Source: the human T2T-CHM13v2.0 reference genome, Homo sapiens
Length of the DNA: 64,000 nucleotides
Direction: 5' to 3' (one strand)
Assembly: GCF_009914755.1 (NCBI RefSeq)
Contig: NC_060928.1
Shown here: positions 61,501-64,000 of the stretch, in pieces
How positions within the stretch are numbered: the first letter of the stretch is position 1
Layout: each line of letters begins with the position of its first letter
The notes under the pieces: generated by a model
Seen by the model: only the letters and a program-made list of their open reading frames with translations
What the model was told of the DNA's origin: nothing
Databases searched by the model: none
Translations under genes and position numbers: made by a program

Positions 61501-61797
61501 AATGTTTCGTTCTCCCCTCAGATTTCTATGCTTGTACAGCAACGTTAGTAAGAGGTACCTCTAAACCTCTTTTACTTTATCAACTTCTACTCTTCCTCAA
61601 CCTTCTTTTTAGTGGTTTGAAAAATCTTTATGAATACATTTTGGTATGGCGAGATTAATAAAATCTTGCTTTGCTCATGCATTATGTATTAGAAATATAA
61701 TAAATTTAAAGTTAGTTAGGACCACTAGATTCCAGCTAAAGGAAATAATCTAAAGCAGAATTTCTCCATGTCTTATGTAAATGCTGAGTCTGCTAAA

Positions 61798-61999
61798 CTG
61801 TGGTGTGCTGGAAAATATTTCACAGTTGTCACTGGAGGGTAGGTCGTCTTGATTTGTAGTGATTGCTGATTTCCGTAGTGTAAATAGTCCCACTATGGCT
61901 GATCTTAAGCTACCAACCTGATGTCACTGAACACAAAGTTGGGAGGAATTGTGCATAGGCAGATCTCACAAGCTGTACAAGCTGGCTCCAACACCATGG
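61798..61999 (-). mobile_element. MER63A hAT-Blackjack element
   Basis: ctgtggtgtgctgg...gatttccgtagtgtaaatagtcccac...aagctaccaacctgatgtcactgaac...gctggctccaacaccatgg; 8-bp TSD ctgctaaa/ctgctaga. Confidence 0.85.
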
Positions 62000-62143
62000 C
62001 TGCTAGATGGTAATAGGAATTTTGTGAAGAAAGCATTCATTCTTTAAAAAGAAGTTGGGAAACACTGGTGAAGTTAAATGTGAAATTTCTAACAACATTT
62101 AAAATACAAATTTGCATTTTGAAGTTCTATGATGTTCTTTATG

Positions 62144-62312
62144 TTGGATTGGTGCAAAAATTATTGCTGGTTTTGCTGTCACTTTTTTAAAATTATACTT
62201 TAAGTTTTAGGGTACATGTGCACAACGTGCAGGTTAGTTACATATGTGTACATGTGCCATGTTGCCGTCACTTTTAATGGCAAAAACCGCAATTCCTTTT
62301 GCACCAACTGAA
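62144..62312. mobile_element. MADE1 (Hsmar1-derived MITE) interrupted centrally by an L1PA fragment
   Basis: TIRs ttggattggtgcaaaaattattgc / gcaattccttttgcaccaactgaa|ta. Confidence 0.92.
62187..62261 (-). mobile_element. ~75-bp extreme 3' end of a young L1PA (about PA2-PA4)
   Basis: attatactttaagttttagggtacatgtgcacaacgtgcaggttagttacatatg; TSD ttgc(t/c)gtcactttt at 62173-62186 and 62262-62275. Confidence 0.92.
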
Positions 62313-62787
62313 TACCTTTATTTGACTACTAAACATTTTAATTGGAACACCCATGAACATTTGTGGAATACTAGTGTTCTGGGAGACACAATTTTTAAAA
62401 TGCTTAAGTGAAAGTCTTAGTTTTTGTGTTCTTCATCTTTTAAACTTTATAATTATTTTAAGTTACGAGAGCAATATGTAACTCAAATTAATGCCAGCAA
62501 TACAAAAGAATTTTAAAAAGTTAAATTCTCTACCAAAGAATTTGAAGAAGTTAAATTCTTCCTTTTAATACCACATTCCTGAGTTAATCAATGCTAGAGA
62601 TGAATGCCATTTTACACTTTCATTATATAAATATACAAAATGTATACATTATTATATATGTATAATGTATATATATGTATATAGTACATATAATATGTAA
62701 CACATGTATTATACATATATAACAGAAGTTCCTCGTCGCCTTTCTGAAATACACATTACTCTGCACCTTTAAAAATGTGTTTTAACA

Positions 62788-62927
62788 TTTTTTTTTCAAG
62801 AGATGAGGTCTTGGTGTGTGACTCAGGCTGGAGTGCAGTGGCACAATCATAACTCATTGCAACCTTTAACTCCTGGGCTCAAGTGATCCTCCTGCCTCAG
62901 CCTCCTGAGTAGCTGGGACTACAGGCA
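62788..62927 (-). mobile_element. AluJ right arm / FRAM
   Basis: poly-T, then gagatgaggtcttgg...caggctggagtgcagtgg...gggctcaagtgatcctcctgcctcagcc...ctacaggca. Confidence 0.88.
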
Positions 62928-62929
62928 TT

Positions 62930-63085
62930 ATCTGGAAGGATTCTCAAAAAAGCTTGTTGGGCCCATCCTGAGAGTTTCTGATTCAGTAACACTAGACCTG
63001 GGCTGGGATCTAAAAATTTGTATTTCTAACACGTTGTTGGATGATGATGATGCTGCATAACTGGGACCACACTTGGAAAATCCCT
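62930..63085 (+). mobile_element. MER5A hAT-Charlie fragment
   Basis: gggcccatcctgagagtttctgattcagta...aatttgtatttctaaca...gggaccacacttggaaaa. Confidence 0.8.
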
Positions 63086-63134
63086 AGCTTAATGAATTAT
63101 TTATAAGAGGAACAGGTTTATAAAGGCAATGCAG

Positions 63135-64000
63135 GTGAAGAAATAGGACTTTGCTGCCACTCTAGAAGACCTTTCCTGTGGCCCATTCCAATAAGAGTTC
63201 TCTTTCCCTTCCTAAGTAACCACTATCTTGACTTTTATAACAATCACTTCCTTGCATTATTTTGTGTTATCACTCAAGTGCGAATCCTTAGACACTGCAG
63301 ACTAACTTGTATGTTTTTCTCCTTCCATTTTTAAAGTGTCTGTTGAAAAGTCTTTGCCATTTAATCTGCAGACTTTCCATAACCTGGATCTTGTTGATTT
63401 CATATTCCTGGAGAAGTTTACAGTAATTTGTTCTCCATCTTTCCTTCAAATTGGCAGCTGGATCCAGAGCCTTTACCAGACTCATATCCAATAACTTTGG
63501 CAAGAGTGTAGGTGATTTTCAGCTTCTTTAGCAGGAGGTACATAATGTCTGGATTTTGCTCTGTTTTTAAATCAGTTTTCTTGAAGTATGATTCATATAT
63601 GATAAAATTTACTAATTTTAAATGTGATATTTGATGAGTTTTGATAAATACATATAGTGAAGAAACTGTCACAATAATGATATAGAACATTTCCATTACC
63701 CCCAAAAGTTCTCATATGTTTCTTTGTAGTCAATCTCCTCTTGAGCTCATCTACTATCTCCTGAAAACCACTGATTTCATTTTTATCACTATAGTTTTGC
63801 ATTTTCTAAAATTTCAGGTAAATGGATTCATATGATATATGGTCTTTTGTGTCTGGCTTCTTTCACGTTGCATACTGCTTTTGAGATTCACCTCTGTTTC
63901 TATGTGGATTGGTAGTTTCTTCCTTTTTTTATTCCTGAGTGGTATTTCATCATGTAGACTTAGAACAATTTGTTAATCCATTCACCAGTTGATGCACATT
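63135..64000 (-). mobile_element. Old L1M 3'UTR fragments running off the window
   Basis: gtaaccactatcttgactttta; tagaacatttccattacccccaaaagttc...tgtgtctggcttctttcac...ccattcaccagttgatg. Confidence 0.8.

Larger units (their letters stand above)
61755..62405. mobile_element. Old hAT-Charlie-type MITE hosting MER63A and MADE1
   Basis: cagaatttctcca...aagttgggaaacactg...tggaatactagtgttctgggagacacaatttttaaaatgc; family uncertain. Confidence 0.45.

Overview
AT-rich primate (most likely human) intronic or intergenic DNA made mostly of interspersed repeats. I find no intact protein-coding gene. Nearly all ORF-track entries are decayed L1 or Alu frames or chance ORFs. Landmarks: (1) a full-length, decayed L1PA7-like element (2052-8428, minus) with a 15-bp TSD and a frameshifted ORF0 homologue; (2) a 5'-truncated processed ASS1 pseudogene (12312-13194, minus); (3) a Tigger3b DNA transposon split by an AluSg and by a ~5.9-kb AluJ+L1PA composite bounded by one TSD pair; (4) a tailless, 3'-truncated 5S rRNA retropseudogene (44008-44098); (5) many Alus, MIR/L2/L1M fragments, LTRs and MITEs, several nested. 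I see no support for a new biological system. The best leads are mechanistic: a possible Alu-L1 chimeric insertion, templated-insertion repair scars inside both large L1s, unexplained hairpins and palindromes, and a few candidate regulatory or exon signals. Repeat subfamily names come from remembered consensus sequences and need RepeatMasker/Dfam confirmation. Old-repeat boundaries are approximate.
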